Positions 8,153 through 15,328 of a stretch of 25,646 nt of DNA are shown here, one piece after another. Location: positions 1 to 25,646 of IMG/VR virus record IMGVR_UViG_3300044855_000025. One strand, given 5' to 3'. The position numbers and the translations under genes are program-made. This DNA comes from a virus. Its lineage: Duplodnaviria; Caudoviricetes. Under the pieces are notes generated by a model that saw only the letters and a list, made by a program, of their open reading frames with translations, did no database searches and was not told the DNA's origin. How positions within the stretch are numbered: position 1 is the stretch's first letter; every line of letters begins with the position of its first letter.

Positions 8153-9414
8153 CAGACCACCCACCTTGTATTGACGTTGATCGGCTTCGACCAGGATGAT
8201 GTTTCATTCAGACCGACTGCAAGATAACGAAATGCGTCCGATCCGTGGCTAGACCAATCGTGTAAGGGTCTATCATAAAAGACTTTCTGCTTTTCGTCGA
8301 AAGTCCGGCGGTAATTCCGCAGGCAGTTCAACCCTTCGCTCGTTTGCGGGATGTTGAACCAGCAGCGGGGCAAAAGTCTGCGGACAGCTTGGATACCGTC
8401 ATCCACCGATAAACGTGGCGCAATCGTGCAACTGAGGTCAGCCTGCTGCAAGACCTCCAATCGAGACTTTCCCGATCCTAATTCCCTGACCTGTACGTCG
8501 TGCGGGACGATGTGCTCGGCCTTGTGCCAACCCTTGTTCCGCAGTTCGCGGACGTACCAATCCAGTCCGACTCCGTGGTTCTCAATGTAGTCTAGGAGTC
8601 TGACTTCTTGTCCGTGGACTTGTGCGATCCAGATCGAAGTCGAGTCGCCAATGCCGAGATCCCATGCAGCAAACGTCTTGCAGAGGTCATCACGGACGAT
8701 AGAGCAGAAGCGACCTTCTCCCTCCATCTGGTTAAGAATTTGCCCATAGTAAGCCCCCTCGACAGCAGCGTGGAATGAACACTCAAACTCTTGGTCGTAC
8801 TTGTCGCGCCCCATCTCCCGCAGCGCATCGTCTAGCTCTGACTGAGCAATGATCTTCGTCTGACTGGCGCGGAACTCGAGCAACTTCCACCCAGGTTCAC
8901 CTTGTGCCCTGTTCCGCAGATCGTAGAAGTGATTCTGGCCTTTCGGTGTGCCGATGAACATTGCCCAGCCTTGACGGTCGGCTAGAGCAGGTCGGATCAC
9001 TTCGTTCCAGATTTTCGGGTTTTGATCCCCCACTTCGTCCAGTACCACTCCGTCAAAGTACCTCCCGCGTAGTGAGTCGGGATTGTCGGAGCCGTACAGA
9101 CCGATCCTGCGATCCCAGAAGTCGACACGAAGCTCTGAAATGTTTGGTGTGGCTCCCAGCGGACGGGTGTAGTGGAGCAGGTAGTCCCAGGCAATGCGTT
9201 TGCTCTGTGCATAGGTTGGCGCAATGTAGGCAAATCGTGGGCGTTCCTTCTGGCACATCACCGCAGACTTTACCAACTGGTTGATGGCACTGACAGTCTT
9301 GCCTAAACGACGATGCGCCACTACCACCGTAAAGCGGTGCTCCTCCATCGCCTGATGGATCTCAAGCTGCGGCTCCCTTGGGCTGTAGGGAATGATTATT
9401 TCTCGGCTGCCCAA
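8152..9414 (-). CDS. terL: Terminase large subunit
   Basis: Walker A AHRRLGKT, Walker B VVLDE, coupling motif GTPKG and nuclease motifs WDLGIGD and SHGSDAFRY. Confidence 0.95.
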   Translation of the reverse strand: MGSREIIIPYSPREPQLEIHQAMEEHRFTVVVAHRRLGKTVSAINQLVKSAVMCQKERPRFAYIAPTYAQSKRIAWDYLLHYTRPLGATPNISELRVDFWDRRIGLYGSDNPDSLRGRYFDGVVLDEVGDQNPKIWNEVIRPALADRQGWAMFIGTPKGQNHFYDLRNRAQGEPGWKLLEFRASQTKIIAQSELDDALREMGRDKYDQEFECSFHAAVEGAYYGQILNQMEGEGRFCSIVRDDLCKTFAAWDLGIGDSTSIWIAQVHGQEVRLLDYIENHGVGLDWYVRELRNKGWHKAEHIVPHDVQVRELGSGKSRLEVLQQADLSCTIAPRLSVDDGIQAVRRLLPRCWFNIPQTSEGLNCLRNYRRTFDEKQKVFYDRPLHDWSSHGSDAFRYLAVGLNETSSWSKPINVNTRWVV

Positions 9415-9713
9415 GTCACCACCATCTGCATTGGCTGATTCTGATCGCCTGCTACCTCTGTCCTTGCTAGCTTCGGAATGTGGTACTCGATAGCTCTCAA
9501 GTACAGGTCAGCGGCTTTGGCTGGGTCAGGCTTAACCTTGTCCCCATCGCCGATAGCAACGGTTTGGAGCCACAAAGCGAAGTTCTCCGCATTGTCCTCC
9601 GCTACCCGCCTAATAGCCTCTCTAACGTCCTTTGTGGTCTTATTAGGGATACCCGGTGGCCTTCCCCGACCGTCGTTAGGCTTTTTCCTTCTACTTCCTA
9701 CTTTTTCTTCCAC
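9396..9713 (-). CDS. terS: Terminase small subunit
   Basis: GRPxGxPNKxT motif and EYHIPKLARTE; immediately upstream of and overlapping terL; AGGAG RBS before the GTG start. Confidence 0.75.
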   Translation of the reverse strand: MEEKVGSRRKKPNDGRGRPPGIPNKTTKDVREAIRRVAEDNAENFALWLQTVAIGDGDKVKPDPAKAADLYLRAIEYHIPKLARTEVAGDQNQPMQMVVTWAAEK

Positions 9714-9716
9714 TTT

Positions 9717-9740
9717 ACCGACTCCTATCGGGTCATCGGT
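9717..9740 (-). promoter_or_regulatory. Hairpin sequestering the terS ribosome-binding site
   Basis: ACCGAU-GA-CC-CGAUA-GG-A-GUCGGU. The AGGAG Shine-Dalgarno lies in the 3' side, and the hairpin ends 3 nt before the GTG. Confidence 0.45.
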
Positions 9741-9745
9741 TGACT

Positions 9746-10423
9746 TTACGTTGATCGCTGACGGATTAGTTGGTCAACATCAGCGTTGCCTTTTTGCTCG
9801 GCAGTTGGGGCGAACAATGCTCGGCTTCTGCTGTCTGTAGTGTCTGGCTCGCACAGGTAATAGACTGCGAAACTGTTGCGGGTGACATCTGCTGGACAGG
9901 TTAGCGGAGCGGGTAATCCATGCCAACTGCCACGAGTGTCGAAAATTATAGCCCGATTGAACTTTGGTTCAACTGCTTTTACCAGTGTGTCGGGGTCTTT
10001 GTACAGTCCAAGGTGACCTCCCCATTCTGGTTTCCATCCTGGTGTCAGGTACACAATCAGGTTTAACCGTCTCTGTAGGTGGAGTTTCGGGTGAAGGTTG
10101 TAGTCCAAGTGGACGTTTAACTTTCCTCCCCTGCCGTGTTGGTGCATCCCTCCACCGTGTAACCCTATGTCTGGCATGAGGTCTGCCTTGGTCAGCCGCT
10201 CCAGTATTGCGTTGAAGTTGGGACTGAGCAGGTATTGGAATGCCTTGTATGTCTCAGGCTTGAAGTGATGCCAGTCGTTGCAGGTCTGCTTGACCTCGAG
10301 CGGGTTGTCGTAGCGGAACCAGCAGTCATCGTCCTTGGCTGGGAACTCTCTCGCTAGGTTGATCGCGTCAGCAAAAAAGTCATCGACAATGCAATGCCAG
10401 AAGGGGTGGTGGTCGATAATCAC
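9746..10423 (-). CDS. 2OG-Fe(II) oxygenase (prolyl-4-hydroxylase-like)
   Basis: HxD...H triad (VHLD, WHG), RRLNLIVYL, WGGHL, PKFNRAIIF and the RxS 2OG-binding motif (RNS). Confidence 0.85.
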   Translation of the reverse strand: MIIDHHPFWHCIVDDFFADAINLAREFPAKDDDCWFRYDNPLEVKQTCNDWHHFKPETYKAFQYLLSPNFNAILERLTKADLMPDIGLHGGGMHQHGRGGKLNVHLDYNLHPKLHLQRRLNLIVYLTPGWKPEWGGHLGLYKDPDTLVKAVEPKFNRAIIFDTRGSWHGLPAPLTCPADVTRNSFAVYYLCEPDTTDSRSRALFAPTAEQKGNADVDQLIRQRST

Positions 10424-10713
10424 CGCTTGTTTCTGGCACTAATCGCTTTTGCCTTTGCTTTCGCATCGGCCTTGCTGGATGCACCCCAGGCTTGCAGAGA
10501 CAGCAACAGACGAGTTGGCTTACCGTCCTTGCGCTCCGGCCCCGGCATATTACCCATCCTTGCCAGGAACGATGCTCTCCGCGGGTTGTCGCCTGACTTA
10601 ACGGGAGGCTTTAGGTCGCTGCCGGGGTTGGCTTTCTCGTAAGACTTGCGTCCGGCCTCGTTCAACCCACCCTTCGGGTTCTTGCCAGCCTTGCGAGTCC
10701 ATGCGGCACTCAT
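10420..10713 (-). CDS. Small basic phage protein (DUF6321-like)
   Basis: AWTRKxGKNPKGGLNxxGRKSY...LKPPVKSGDNPRRASFLARM; strongly Lys/Arg-rich. Confidence 0.7.
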   Translation of the reverse strand: MSAAWTRKAGKNPKGGLNEAGRKSYEKANPGSDLKPPVKSGDNPRRASFLARMGNMPGPERKDGKPTRLLLSLQAWGASSKADAKAKAKAISARNKR

Positions 10714-11036
10714 TCGTCCATCATCCCAGCAATCTTGATGATGATCCCGCCCTTGCCTTTAGCCTGACCACCCAACCACCTGTTGCAGACCATATCCTCT
10801 GAGCAGACGAAGTTAAGCTGAGCACAGTAACCCATGTCCTCGGCTTCGTCCTCCATGCCCTTAGCAATGCCGTTTTCGAGACAACCTTGCATTTCGTCTG
10901 ACTGTACGAACGCAGCGCAGTTCTCGCACTTGTACTCTGCGTCCTCGCCTGCTTCCATGTAGTCGGCCTTTTCGACGGCCTTCTTCTTGTTGGCGTCGTT
11001 TAGCTCGGCATCACCAGTGACGATTGGGCACTTCAT
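10710..11036 (-). CDS. Cys-rich acidic protein, HiPIP-like cysteine pattern
   Basis: Y-x8-CENCxxF...GYC...VCxxxxVCNRW; 7 Cys in 108 aa. Confidence 0.55.
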   Translation of the reverse strand: MKCPIVTGDAELNDANKKKAVEKADYMEAGEDAEYKCENCAAFVQSDEMQGCLENGIAKGMEDEAEDMGYCAQLNFVCSEDMVCNRWLGGQAKGKGGIIIKIAGMMDE

Positions 11037-11188
11037 TTCTTCCTCGCTGCTCTCATGTTGTCCACGAGGTTAGGGTAGGGTCGGCCAGCAGAGGCAGCCA
11101 TCGCTTTAGCTGACTTCTTTTCTTTCTTCGACAGCGGATCAGGCTTGCCCAGCTTCTTCGGACGGGGCTTGTCCCAGATGGCTTTCAT
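11033..11188 (-). CDS. Small basic protein (51 aa)
   Basis: Not in the ORF track. Translates as MKAIWDKPRPKKLGKPDPLSKKEKKSAKAMAASAGRPYPNLVDNMRAARKK; ATGA overlaps at both ends. Confidence 0.8.
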   Translation of the reverse strand: MKAIWDKPRPKKLGKPDPLSKKEKKSAKAMAASAGRPYPNLVDNMRAARKK

Positions 11189-11340
11189 TTGCGCCCCGGC
11201 ATCTTTTTGTAGGCTTTCTTTGGCGTCTTGGCAATCATCTCCTTTGCCACCGACATCGGAACACCAGTGTCTTTCGCCACCTTCTTGCTGCCAGCGGCTG
11301 CGTACATGAGTCGCTGTTGAGCCTTGCTAGTGATCGGCAT
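11185..11340 (-). CDS. Small basic protein (51 aa)
   Basis: Not in the ORF track. Translates as MPITSKAQQRLMYAAAGSKKVAKDTGVPMSVAKEMIAKTPKKAYKKMPGRK; GAGGA RBS and ATGA coupling to the next gene. Confidence 0.8.
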   Translation of the reverse strand: MPITSKAQQRLMYAAAGSKKVAKDTGVPMSVAKEMIAKTPKKAYKKMPGRK

Positions 11341-11341
11341 A

Positions 11342-11992
11342 TCAGTCCTCGACGATAGAAGTTAGATGCCCGATTCGGCCTCGTACCCCTATTGTACCGA
11401 CTTCGTTGAGAATGTCACGAGACAAAAACTTGTAGAAGCCATGTTCCATGTCGAACACCTTTCCACCATCCCACTGCTCGTGGAAGAACTTCTCTATCTG
11501 CTTCAGCGTCTCAAACATTTGCGGGATCAGGTTGTAGTCAAACGAATAGAGCCGGGTCATCAGCATCCCATCAGTCCCGACATAATCCAGCGGATAGCCT
11601 GTCTGCCTTGCTTGGGCAAACGTAGCTTTGTTCGCAATGTGAGCCTGCAAGTTGAACTGATCGGTCAACACATACCGACCTGAAATCTTAAAGATGTGAC
11701 TGTAGCGGTTGGGAATGGTCGAGAGAATGTCTATCGTTGTGTGCAATTCAATAGCGTTCTTGATATACGCAACGTCTCGGTCCGTTTTGCGAACGTCTTG
11801 AATGAATTTTGACCCATATTGCTTAACAGTCGCTCGAGGAAACACGACATTCTGATGCTCGAAACTTGATTCCAGCACCCAGATTGAAGCAATCGGACAC
11901 GCTCGGTGAATGCTTTCAATCGTTTGATGCGTTTCGTGCAACCGTTGAGGATCGCCGTTAATAGCAGAAGTAACGAGAAACAGAATCACCAT
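11342..11992 (-). CDS. Putative glycosyltransferase-like protein
   Basis: Hydrophobic N-terminal strand LFLVTSAI, then ETxQTIESI, an IFKISGRY motif and a distal EH; adjacent to a GT32 gene. Confidence 0.5.
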   Translation of the reverse strand: MVILFLVTSAINGDPQRLHETHQTIESIHRACPIASIWVLESSFEHQNVVFPRATVKQYGSKFIQDVRKTDRDVAYIKNAIELHTTIDILSTIPNRYSHIFKISGRYVLTDQFNLQAHIANKATFAQARQTGYPLDYVGTDGMLMTRLYSFDYNLIPQMFETLKQIEKFFHEQWDGGKVFDMEHGFYKFLSRDILNEVGTIGVRGRIGHLTSIVED

Positions 11993-12591
11993 TTACCTCG
12001 CGTCGATTTCCAATCCTGCCGAGCAAATACCATCTTGCCGGAATACGGAAGCCCTGCGAAATGATCCGGCAGAAAGAAATGGCTAGGCCAAATCGTGAGG
12101 TCACGGTATTCGTAATTTACCCAGGTACTCGTCAACCTCGTCGGGCCTGAGAACTGCCATGCCATCAGGTCGCCAGGATCGTCGTTCAACAGATCATCGA
12201 CAATCTGCCCGATGAACGGATGGCTAGGGATTGCTCCGACCGCACCGTTAGACAGCAATCCGGGCCTGAGAAGCTCCGACTCCCACGAACACCAGACATC
12301 CGGCTCTAGCATCCAGTCAGGAATGGCCCTGGAAGGCTCGGAATCGGCGTCTAACGCGATCCCGCCGTGTTCGTATAGGATCTCCCACCTCATGCAGTCT
12401 GCGACGCCACAAAGCTCTGTTTTCCAGAAGTGCTTCATGTGCTTGGCAAGTCGCCAGCCTTTAGACAGGTCGGAGTTGCCCCAGAGGTTGACCTCAAAGT
12501 CGGGGTTGAGGTTCTTCCACTTCTGGATGGTTTGGAGCGGGGCTTTGGTCTCGTCGCCCACCCAGACGAAGTGCAGGATCTTGGGGATCAC
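11986..12591 (-). CDS. Glycosyltransferase, GT32/OCH1-like DxD family
   Basis: IPKILHFVWVG, ADCMRWEILYEHGGIALDAD and SGP motifs. Start placed at GTG 12591, just after the terminator U-tract. Confidence 0.85.
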   Translation of the reverse strand: MIPKILHFVWVGDETKAPLQTIQKWKNLNPDFEVNLWGNSDLSKGWRLAKHMKHFWKTELCGVADCMRWEILYEHGGIALDADSEPSRAIPDWMLEPDVWCSWESELLRPGLLSNGAVGAIPSHPFIGQIVDDLLNDDPGDLMAWQFSGPTRLTSTWVNYEYRDLTIWPSHFFLPDHFAGLPYSGKMVFARQDWKSTRGKW

Positions 12592-12617
12592 AAAAAAATC
12601 CCCCTGCAATAGGGGGA
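12592..12617 (-). terminator. Rho-independent terminator at the head of the late operon (tR'-like)
   Basis: Minus strand reads TCCCCCT-ATTGC-AGGGGGA-TTTTTTT. Confidence 0.85.
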
Positions 12618-12631
12618 AAAGGAGGAGACGC

Positions 12632-12799
12632 TCACAGTTTATCCCGTTGCAATTCGATCTGTCTAGCGCAGATTCTGGCGTCAGTTGAGATTTCCAGCGC
12701 GAGATTTATTGCGCGGTCGGTTTCTTTTTTTAGCAGCAGGTCGTGCAATTTCGATAGGTTCATCTTCATCGTCAGGTAATTCGTGATCCAGTCCTGCAT
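12632..12799 (-). CDS. Hypothetical protein (55 aa)
   Basis: Start moved to ATG 12799 (MQDWITNY...), which follows a GGAG RBS; amphipathic helical sequence. Confidence 0.6.
   Translation of the reverse strand: MQDWITNYLTMKMNLSKLHDLLLKKETDRAINLALEISTDARICARQIELQRDKL
12636..12665 (-). promoter_or_regulatory. Candidate sigma70 late promoter (pR'-like)
   Basis: TAGACA-N18-TAAACT, about 20 nt upstream of the terminator and downstream of a Q-like gene. Confidence 0.5.
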
Positions 12800-13103
12800 A
12801 GTTTGAACTCCAGAGTTGATAGTTTTGACGCATGACCCTGCGATCCATTGGATCAAGTCCTGCGAGCCTTTCGTGTGATGTGTTGTTCATTATCCTTAAA
12901 AGTTGATCGCGGAACACTGGTGGATCGTAATCCAGCCAATCAAGGTATCCGTCAGAAGCGTCTGAAAACAGGAATCGACACGCTGTCCTAGCCTCGACAG
13001 TCATGCGAGGACGTTTATCTTCCATGACAGGACGGTGCGTCATGTCTCGGATTGCCAGAGATACGACAGCGGCTAATAGTCGGGCTTCAGGTTGTGAGTC
13101 CAC
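12681..13103 (-). CDS. Conserved hypothetical phage protein
   Basis: PEARLLAAVVSLAIRD...ACRFLF...YLDWLDYDP. Start placed at GTG 13103 because the longer ORF only runs through the Q-like gene in another frame. Confidence 0.6.
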   Translation of the reverse strand: MDSQPEARLLAAVVSLAIRDMTHRPVMEDKRPRMTVEARTACRFLFSDASDGYLDWLDYDPPVFRDQLLRIMNNTSHERLAGLDPMDRRVMRQNYQLWSSNYAGLDHELPDDEDEPIEIARPAAKKRNRPRNKSRAGNLN

Positions 13104-13329
13104 GTTTGGCCTTTTCGATTGCTCGGTTGATCCAGCTGGGCGGCGTGGAGATTTCAGCAGAGACGTAGTAGATCGACTGGTAGGGGTGGGAGACATAGAC
13201 AGCGTTGATGGCTGCCCTGTCATCTGGCCCTAGTTTCTGAACGACAGCATCAACGATCTTCGCGTCTGTCTGATCTGCTAGCGGCTCTTTCCGCTTCCAT
13301 GCTGCCCAATTGTGTAGCCTCGACTCCAC
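13087..13329 (-). CDS. Antitermination protein Q-like / sigma-region-4-like regulator (80 aa)
   Basis: ESRLxNWAAW...DAxIVDAVVxKL...AINAVYV...HTH-like C-terminus; strong GGGAGG RBS before GTG 13329; located at the early/late boundary. Confidence 0.6.
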   Translation of the reverse strand: MESRLHNWAAWKRKEPLADQTDAKIVDAVVQKLGPDDRAAINAVYVSHPYQSIYYVSAEISTPPSWINRAIEKAKRGLTT

Positions 13330-13450
13330 AGAACCTCCCTGATAGTGCGCGGAACCGTTCAGCCCCGCAGTGGAAACAAACATAAAGTTCGACAACAGAA
13401 TGCTCAGTTATTAATTGATCGACAAGTCTGAAATCATTTTGGCAAGTCAT
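13250..13450 (-). CDS. Hypothetical Zn-ribbon-like protein
   Basis: C...YVCFHCGAER with a GAGG RBS. It fills the 13330-13433 gap, but its 3' third overlaps the Q-like gene. Confidence 0.45.
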   Translation of the reverse strand: MTCQNDFRLVDQLITEHSVVELYVCFHCGAERFRALSGRFCGVEATQLGSMEAERAASRSDRREDR

Positions 13451-13736
13451 GGCTTAAAAACCTCAGTTCGACGATCCTTGCACACTCTCGCAGCTTTGAC
13501 ACGTTCGTTCGCTTCATCACCTCGATTGCGATTGCAACGAAGGTTTCGATTTCAGCACGTTCATCGTCACCCCACCCGATCAGTTCTGCAATACAAGACT
13601 TGAGACGCTCGTCCTTCAGCTTTGCGATTGTCTCAACGACGTATTCCAGGTCATCTCTCGACAGACTGTTGCGCTGCTGGACGAGTTCTATCATCCGTCC
13701 AGCGATCTGATCGACAGTGATCGGGTCTTTACGCAT
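13434..13736 (-). CDS. Hypothetical helical protein
   Basis: 100-aa ORF coupled to the upstream gene by an 8-nt overlap. Confidence 0.7.
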   Translation of the reverse strand: MRKDPITVDQIAGRMIELVQQRNSLSRDDLEYVVETIAKLKDERLKSCIAELIGWGDDERAEIETFVAIAIEVMKRTNVSKLRECARIVELRFLSHDLPK

Positions 13737-14220
13737 TCTTCTCTTTTAGCTTTGCATCGACCATATAAACCAGCGCCTGCCCGTTTGTTTTGTCGCCGAA
13801 AGTAACGCGATTGACTAGAGCACGCGCTTCGTCGTCCGTCAGTTCGACCCATTCTCGCGGTGCGGTGTAGAGCGGCACCGTATGCGGCGGATCTGGCTCC
13901 ATCACAAAACAATCGGGCCATCCGTGGATACGGCTATCCGCGTAGGCAACGGGTTTCTGCATAATGGCAGGCGGTGCAGCGTATAGCGGTCGCACGTTAA
14001 AACCGTTCTCTCGTTTAATGTCAGCATAGTCCTGAGTCATCCAGTCTCGGATCACCTCGTCTCGGTTGTCTGCCATAAAGTCGTACATCCACGCCACCGG
14101 CTCCGCAGTCTGCTCGATGGCAGCGCGGAGGACGGTGATGGCGCTTGCTACACCATCCGGCCCAGATTTCCACGGATCTTCCAACGCCTCCAGCGCCTGC
14201 TTCATAACTGCGATGCTCAT
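13729..14220 (-). CDS. Modular PVAW/PLYTAP phage protein (2 modules)
   Basis: N-cap MSIxxMKQALxALE...RAAIEQ, two PVA(W/Y)...PLY(T/A)AP modules and a C-cap WVELTDxE...AKLKEKN. Confidence 0.8.
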   Translation of the reverse strand: MSIAVMKQALEALEDPWKSGPDGVASAITVLRAAIEQTAEPVAWMYDFMADNRDEVIRDWMTQDYADIKRENGFNVRPLYAAPPAIMQKPVAYADSRIHGWPDCFVMEPDPPHTVPLYTAPREWVELTDDEARALVNRVTFGDKTNGQALVYMVDAKLKEKNA

Positions 14221-14459
14221 ATGTTCTTCTCCTTAAGTTTCGCTTCGATGGCGCGGGCAATACGTTGCGATGTAGTTCCGTCGCGGGCAAAAAGGTTTCG
14301 GTTGGGTAACTTGATGCAGTCATTTACCTCCTCATCCGTCAGTTCGACCCATTGGCGCGGTTCCGTGTACAGCGGCACTGTATGCGGTGGGTCTGGCTCC
14401 ATTACAAAACAATCGGGCCAGCCGTGGATTCTGCTATCGGCGTAGGCGACGGGTTTTTG
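13835..14459. repeat. Direct repeat pair, 13835-13959 and 14335-14459 (500-nt offset)
   Basis: Ungapped alignment with 14 mismatches over 13861-13960 vs 14361-14460; both copies encode QKPVAYADSRIHGWPDCFVMEPDPPHTVPLYT. Confidence 0.95.
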
Positions 14460-14800
14460 TGCCTCTGGCAAAGGTTTGTAGTTCGCTATCATTTCGTTGT
14501 CTGTTACATCTATATAACTGCCGTCATCAAACTCAAGTTTGAAATAGTCCGGCGCAGCAGGGCGCTGTCTAACCAACTTAGATACCCGCGCTTGGGTTTT
14601 GTCGTCATTGTCAATAACCCGATCACCCGGAATGATGGTGTCCACCCATCTGAGAGGTTTTGGCACTGCGGGCGCGGTGTACAAAGGTCGCACGTTAAAC
14701 CCTTTCTCACGCTCAATTTCCGCGTATTCTTGAGTCGTCCAATCGCGGATTATTTCGTCCCGGTCGTCGGCTAGGAAGTCGTACATCCACGCAACCGGCT
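13981..14800. repeat. Diverged direct repeat pair, about 13981-14102 and 14679-14800
   Basis: Both copies encode PVAWMYDFxADxRDExIRDWxTQxYAxIxRExGFNVRPLY. Confidence 0.9.
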
Positions 14801-15200
14801 TCGCTTTCTGCCGCGCACAGACCAGACAACCATCACCGGGGATCATGGCCTTCCAGCCGCATTCCTTGCACAACTCCAAAGCGGTCTGGTCGTACTGCTC
14901 TTGGCGCGGTGCGGTGTATAGCGGAATTGACCATGTAACGGATTGCGGCACAGGTATTTTGTGCAACGGATTTGCTCGAATAGCTCCGTGCGGTGACTCA
15001 ACCCACGCCACCGGCTTCTCAGCCTGCTCGATGGCGGCGCGGATGGCGGCAGCAGCATCAAATGCGACCTTGTGCGGATACATGGTCACTATTGGCCCGC
15101 CGTCTTTCGGCTTCCTAACTTGAATCTTGGTTTCGGGATTCTCATACCGCGCCAATGTCTCTAGCGCATCCAGCGCCTGCTTCATTGCCTCGATGCTCAT
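14217..15200 (-). CDS. Modular PVAW/PLYTAP phage protein (3 modules plus Zn-ribbon and SH3-like inserts)
   Basis: Start moved to ATG 15200 (ATGA overlap). Same caps as 13729..14220, with inserts CKECG...CLVC and IIPGDRV...FKLEFDDG. Confidence 0.8.
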   Translation of the reverse strand: MSIEAMKQALDALETLARYENPETKIQVRKPKDGGPIVTMYPHKVAFDAAAAIRAAIEQAEKPVAWVESPHGAIRANPLHKIPVPQSVTWSIPLYTAPRQEQYDQTALELCKECGWKAMIPGDGCLVCARQKAKPVAWMYDFLADDRDEIIRDWTTQEYAEIEREKGFNVRPLYTAPAVPKPLRWVDTIIPGDRVIDNDDKTQARVSKLVRQRPAAPDYFKLEFDDGSYIDVTDNEMIANYKPLPEAQKPVAYADSRIHGWPDCFVMEPDPPHTVPLYTEPRQWVELTDEEVNDCIKLPNRNLFARDGTTSQRIARAIEAKLKEKNI

Positions 15201-15328
15201 TTCTTCCCCCACAAAAACCGCAACGTCAGACCATCAACGAAGTTCCGCTTGAACCGCGTCTCCGGTGCCCATGCGACGTAGCCGGTGATGATGCCAACGG
15301 CCCAGCCGATAAAAAAGGCTTCGGTCAT
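15197..15328 (-). CDS. Small membrane protein (43 aa)
   Basis: MTEAFFIGWAVGIITGYVAWAPETRFKRNFVDGLTLRFLWGKK; GGGGGAG RBS and ATGA overlaps at both ends. Confidence 0.65.
   Translation of the reverse strand: MTEAFFIGWAVGIITGYVAWAPETRFKRNFVDGLTLRFLWGKK

Noticed and set aside
9746-10423. TET/JBP-type DNA base oxygenase for hypermodification
   Set aside because: The motifs fit the prolyl-hydroxylase-like group, the gene is late, and the only MTase is an amino-MTase rather than a C5 enzyme. Disfavoured but not excluded.
12618-12628. Strong + strand Shine-Dalgarno (AAAGGAGGAG) marking an antisense gene
   Set aside because: No start codon follows at a usable distance. It is better read as the pyrimidine tract of the minus-strand short RNA.
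13835-14459. Repeat pair as a diversity-generating retroelement TR/VR
   Set aside because: The mismatches are not adenine-specific and are almost all synonymous, both copies are coding, and there is no reverse transcriptase in the window.
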